This document shows, one piece after another, positions 61,111 through 64,000 of a stretch of DNA of 64,000 nt (positions within the stretch are counted from its first letter, which is position 1; the number at the start of each line of letters is the position of its first letter). The translations under genes and the position numbers were made by a program. The stretch covers positions 286,903,449 through 286,967,448 of the forward strand of contig NC_058134.1 of NCBI RefSeq assembly GCF_016433145.1, in the 5' to 3' direction. Origin of the DNA: Gracilinanus agilis. Taxonomy: Eukaryota. The notes beneath the pieces are model-generated. The model was not told the DNA's origin. It was given only the letters and a program-made list of their open reading frames with translations, and searched no databases.

Positions 61111-61734
61111 ACAAGAGGAAATAAGAGATGGGGTGAGAACCAGAAAGGTCAGGCCAGGCTCCCTGAAGGAGAGAAGAACTGGTAATGGTCTGGGAAGAGA
61201 GGAGTGGGGAGAAATATCTCAGATGGAGAATAGCTTGGAGGAAGTTGTGACAGGAAAGGGGGAGTGTGGGGCACAGAGTATAGGCTTGCCTGCCTGGAGT
61301 GGAAGATCCAAGGCACAGAGTCATGAGAGGCAAGGTTGGAAAGCTGATGAGTCACAAAGCTAAAAGGAAAAGCCAAAACATATAACCACTTGAGAAAAAA
61401 AATGTTTCTGAGGAAAATGCTGATGGGGCAGTATCATTCTCTCTGATGTGGCCAAAAGCAAGATGCATTTAATACCCAGAAAGTCCAGGCAATCCCTGAA
61501 GATTTCCTGGATTAGGTAGCTGATATGGGAAATATAGCTTTCTCCAGCAGGCAAGATAGGAGAGATAGGAGGAAAACTAGGAGCTTCTTGGCTTCCTGCC
61601 TAAAGTTGAATTAAGATCTGGCCTACCATAATAGGGGTATCCAGGGAAGGTCCAAGGAAATATGTATGTTTATACAACTGTTAGGGTATATGTACATATA
61701 TAATAAACACACATATATTTATACACACATTTTT

Positions 61735-62320
61735 TCACATTAATTTTTTTTAAACTGGCAAGCATTTGTTTTCTCTCCCTATTCCACTGGGAAAGAAAAA
61801 AGAAAATGCAATCCTTGTAACAAATAACCAGGAAAGCAAAACAAATCCCCATACTGGGAATGCCCCTAAAATGTAATTTTTGTATATAGGAGGTGGATAA
61901 CATGTATCATGATCAGTCCTTTGGAATTATGGCTGGTCATTGCATTGGTCAGAGTTCTTAAGTTTTTCAAGCATGTTTGTCTTTGCAGAGTTGTTATATA
62001 ATTCTCCTGGTTTTGCTAATTTTACTCTGCATCAATTCATACTAGATTTCCTAGGTTTCTATATCCCCTTCATTATTTCTTAGAGCACAATAGTATTCAT
62101 ATACACCACAGTATGCATATACCATAACTTTTTCAGTCATCCTCCAGCTGATGGGCACCTTCTTTAATTCCCAGTTCTTTGCCACTACAAAAAGAGTTGC
62201 TATTAATATTTTTGTATATAGGTGTTCTCTTCTTTCTTTGATCTCTTTGGAGGTACAGATCTAGTAGTATAGTGGGTAAAAGGTACAATTACACTTTAGT
62301 AACTTTTGGGGTATGTAATG
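61735..62320 (-). mobile_element. Marsupial L1 3' fragment
   Basis: GTCCTTTGGAATT...TTACTCTGCATCAATTCATA...TTTCTTAGAGCACAATAGTATTC...CTGATGGGCA...CCAGTTCTTTGCCACTACAAAAAGAGTTGCTATTAATATTTTTG, antisense L1 ORF2 end / 3' UTR. Confidence 0.85.
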
Positions 62321-62335
62321 TTAGTAACTTCTCTG

Positions 62336-62400
62336 TGCCAAGAAAACCCCCAAAAGGGTCATAAAAAGTTGGATACAACTGAACAAGAATGTAGCTATGT
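62336..62400 (+). mobile_element. RTE/Mar1 3' tail fragment
   Basis: GCCAAGAAAACCCCCAAAAGGGTCATAAAAAGTTGGATACAACTGAACAA. Confidence 0.7.
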
Positions 62401-63029
62401 AATATAACCAGACAAAATCATGAAAGTGACTTGAAATGCTTCCTTGTATTTATCTAAATGATTCCTTTATGTATCAAGAGTTAATCTAGTAAGAAATGAG
62501 ACAAAAAGACCTCAAGCAAGCTATTATATCTAGATATATATATGTGTGTGTGAAACAGTTTCTATTAGATTAGAAAAAAAAACAGAAATCTTAATCTATT
62601 TTCAATTGAGAGAGAAAAAGCTTGTCTATTGGAAATTGGGATTTAGATTTTTAAGTTGCTGTAAAAGTATAGGTTATTGTAATTTTTAGTTACTGTTGAA
62701 TCATTGGATGATAATTGGATAATTACAGAATATTTATTTTTTCCTTCTGTATGATTGTTTGCTTCACTGTTTGACTAATAAAAATATTGCTGATTCTCTA
62801 TCCTATATCAAGTAATTAGTTGAAATAATGAAACAAAAGGCCACATTTCATCTTTATGTATGAAACAAGGATATTCTTCAGTTTGACCTAAAAGAGGTTC
62901 ATATGTAATTTGGAAATATTTAATAAGAGAACATACAATGGAATATAGATAATGTTAATGTGTAGTTTTCTATGGGATCATCAGGTACTATTTAGTGGGC
63001 TTCTTTTCTATTGAATTTTGACACCACTG

Positions 63030-63140
63030 GATTAGAGAACTGAAAAGTTAAGCCTACATTCACACAGCCAGTATGTGTCAGAAAATAGGAGTGGAACTCA
63101 GATCTCTATGGCTCTGAAGGCAAGAACTCTATCCATTATA
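63030..63140 (-). mobile_element. Degraded CORE-SINE
   Basis: CACACAGCCAGTATGTGTCAGA...GAACTCAG...CTCTATCCATTAT. Confidence 0.55.
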
Positions 63141-63349
63141 TATTACCTCTTAATTAACATTGTCTGACACATTTTAAAGTGCTGTAAGACTAATGCTATA
63201 TTTGAAAGATTTTCATTCCCAGATCATTGAATGTCCCCTGCTGAAAGAGATCTCATCAGGTATTCCTGATTGACAAAACTTCTGTTAACTTTCAAGACCT
63301 TCAGCTTTGGCTTCAGGGATTCCAACTTTTACATTACTTCAAGCCCTAC

Positions 63350-63630
63350 AGAGGCAGTTAGTGGACAGACAATGAATGGATAGATCCTTGACCTTCAAGT
63401 TAGAAAGACTTGAGTTCAAATCTGAATTCAGACATTTACCACTGTGTGACCCTAGGCAAGTCACTTAAACCTTTTTTCCTCAGTTTCCTCAACTGTAAAA
63501 TCAGGGATAATTCTAGCATCTTCATTATAATGTTATTATGAGGAATGACTAAGATAATATTTGTTAAAAGCAATTAGCACATAGCCCAGCACATAATTGG
63601 TGCTGTAAAAATATTTATTCCTTTTCCTTC
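63350..63630 (+). mobile_element. MIR-type CORE-SINE with L2-like tail
   Basis: GAGGCAG...GAAAGACTTGAGTTCAAATC...TGTGTGACCCTAGGCAAGTCACTTAA...CTCAGTTTCCTCAACTGTAAAAT...AGCACATAGCCCAGCACATA. Confidence 0.85.
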
Positions 63631-63649
63631 TTTCATTTTGTAAATTTTG

Positions 63650-63833
63650 AATTCCTTCCTTTCATCTTACAAGCAATACTAGGTATTGGTTCCATGGTAG
63701 AAGAACAATAAGGACTAGGCAATTGGGGTTAAGTGACTTTTCCAGGGTGCCATAACTAGGAAGTTCATATTTGAACCCAGGACCTTCCATCTCCAGGACT
63801 GGCTTTCTATCCAGTGAATCTCTTAGCTGCCTC
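63650..63833 (-). mobile_element. Near full-length SINE1_MD-like element
   Basis: Reverse complement reads AGAGGCAGCTAAG...GGATAGAAAGCCAG...GAGATGGAAGGTCCTGGGTTCAAAT...AAGTCACTTAACCCCAATTGCCTAGTCC...TTCTACCATGGAACCAATACCTAGTATTGCTTGTAAGATGAAAGG. Confidence 0.8.
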
Positions 63834-63943
63834 TCTTCCACTTTAGAAGTTGAGACTCTTGAATACTCAGGGATATTCAACTATGTTGGTTATGCTTAAT
63901 AAATGCTATTCTTATACTAATCAACCCTCTGTCAGTTTTCTGT

Positions 63944-64000
63944 GCAGCTAGATGGCACAGTGGATGGAGCATCAGGCCTTGAATCATGAAGATTTGAGTT
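63944..64000 (+). mobile_element. 5' end of a tRNA-derived CORE-SINE (truncated by window end)
   Basis: GCAGCTAGATGGCACAGTGGATGGAGCATCAGGCCTTGAATCATGAAGATTTGAGTT. Confidence 0.8.

Noticed and set aside
1-64000. Hox-embedded miRNAs (miR-196, miR-10, miR-615), tRNA/rRNA genes, CRISPR arrays
   Set aside because: The known HOXC miRNAs lie further 3' in the cluster, outside this window; no matching mature sequence or long hairpin was seen; the tRNA-like boxes belong to SINEs; this is vertebrate DNA with no repeat-spacer array.

Overview
The window is the posterior (5') end of a mammalian HOXC cluster, with all three Hox genes on the minus strand. HOXC11 has exons at 2317-1645 and 264-32 (301 aa), HOXC12 at 23718-23124 and 22193-21955 (277 aa), and HOXC13 at an exon 1 whose ATG lies in the N gap 41021-41152 and which ends at 40314, plus exon 2 at 35053-34797. 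Between HOXC11 and HOXC12 the + strand carries recognisable homologues of HOTAIR exons 4, 5 and 6. From about 1 to 54.8 kb there are essentially no interspersed repeats; this part holds CpG-retaining patches, homeodomain-site clusters and microsatellites. From about 54.9 kb the sequence switches abruptly to AT-rich DNA dense in MIR/Mar1/SINE1-type SINEs, L2, L1 and RTE fragments. These repeats indicate a marsupial, probably a didelphid opossum (inference). Six short N gaps fall mostly on promoters and UTRs. The locus is well known, and I found no new protein-coding system. The most interesting observations are the structure of this marsupial HOTAIR (exon-5 donor lost, one 15-nt motif present in both conserved cores), a very long HOXC13 poly-Gly tract, an in-frame duplication of the HOXC11 stop codon and several candidate orphan promoters. 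Comparisons with human genes and repeat consensuses are from memory, not from a run alignment.
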